Shown in pieces: positions 63,428 to 64,000 of a DNA stretch of 64,000 bases. Positions within the stretch are counted from its first letter, which is position 1, and each line of letters opens with the position of its first letter. The notes under the pieces are model-generated. The model was not told the DNA's origin and did no database searches. It worked only from the letters and a program-made list of their open reading frames with translations. Source of the stretch: Lama glama (taxonomy: Eukaryota); contig CM052832.1 in NCBI GenBank assembly GCA_028534125.1, forward strand, positions 7,752,001 to 7,816,000. Direction: 5' to 3'. The translations under genes were made by a program, and so were the position numbers.

Positions 63428-64000
63428 GAAGGGAACCCTCCTACCCTGTAGGTGGGAATGTAGTTTGGTGCAGCCATTATGAAGAAACAGTATGGAGGTT
63501 CCTCAAAAGACCAAAAATAGACTTACTCCTGGGCATATATCTGAAAAGAACTCTAATTTGAAAAGACACACACACCCCAATGTTCACAGCAGCACTATAT
63601 ACAATAGCCAAGACATGAAACAACCTAAATGTCCATTGACAGATGACTGGATAAAGAAGCTGTGGTATATTTATACAATGGAATACTACTGAGCCATAAA
63701 AAATAAAAAATAATGCCATTTACAGCAACATGGATGGACCTGGAGATAATCATTCTAAGTGAAGTAAGCCAGAAAGAGAAAGAAAAATACCGTATGATAT
63801 CACTCATGTGTGGAATCTAAAAAAAAAAAAAACACAAATGAACTTATTTGCAAAACAGAAACAGACTCACAGACATAGAAAACAAACTTATGGTTACCAG
63901 GGGTAAAGGGGGTGGGAAGGAATAAATAGGGAGTTCGAGATTTGCAGATACTAACTATACACATGAAACAGATAAAGAACAAGTTTCTTCTGTATAGCAC
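63428..64000 (+). mobile_element. L1 ORF2 C-terminus and 3' UTR, running off the window end
   Basis: gggaaccctcctac...ggtgggaatgtagtttggtgcagcc...aatgtccattgacagatgactggataaagaag. Close in sequence to the L1 at 3487-4658. Confidence 0.95.

Noticed and set aside
1..64000. CRISPR array, operon or other prokaryote-style novel system
   Set aside because: The sequence is repeat-rich mammalian DNA. No regularly spaced repeat-spacer array or gene-dense segment was seen.

Overview
This is mammalian genomic DNA, most likely camelid (alpaca/llama/camel), judged from three copies of a tRNA-headed SINE (GGGGAGGGTATAGCTCAGTG...GTACCTCCATTA). It looks intergenic or deep-intronic. I find no supportable protein-coding gene. 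The ORF track is explained by chance ORFs in GC-rich DNA, decayed L1 ORF2 pieces and one decayed hAT transposase. The window is a mosaic of L1, L2, MIR, MaLR/ERVL LTRs, ERV1-type LTRs and hAT MITEs. Between them lie non-repetitive blocks that look regulatory: a CpG-island-like element at ~35.7-36.35 kb, TCF/LEF, PBX-HOX/MEIS, E-box and CTCF motifs. The most notable items are: (1) a ~2.5-3.8 kb fossil hAT-Tip100 (Arthur-like) transposase related to the domesticated gene KIAA1586, on the minus strand at ~46.3-50.1 kb; (2) a tailless, 3'-truncated 7SK retropseudogene with an exact 11-bp TSD; (3) an intact 510-bp solo ERV1-type LTR with a complete promoter (3 CCAAT, 2 octamer, TATA, polyA); (4) a multi-segment, internally inverted L1 insertion bounded by one TSD and carrying a short unassigned poly(A)-tailed piece. 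I could not identify a genuinely new biological system. Repeat subfamily names and most repeat boundaries come from memory of consensus sequences and are approximate.
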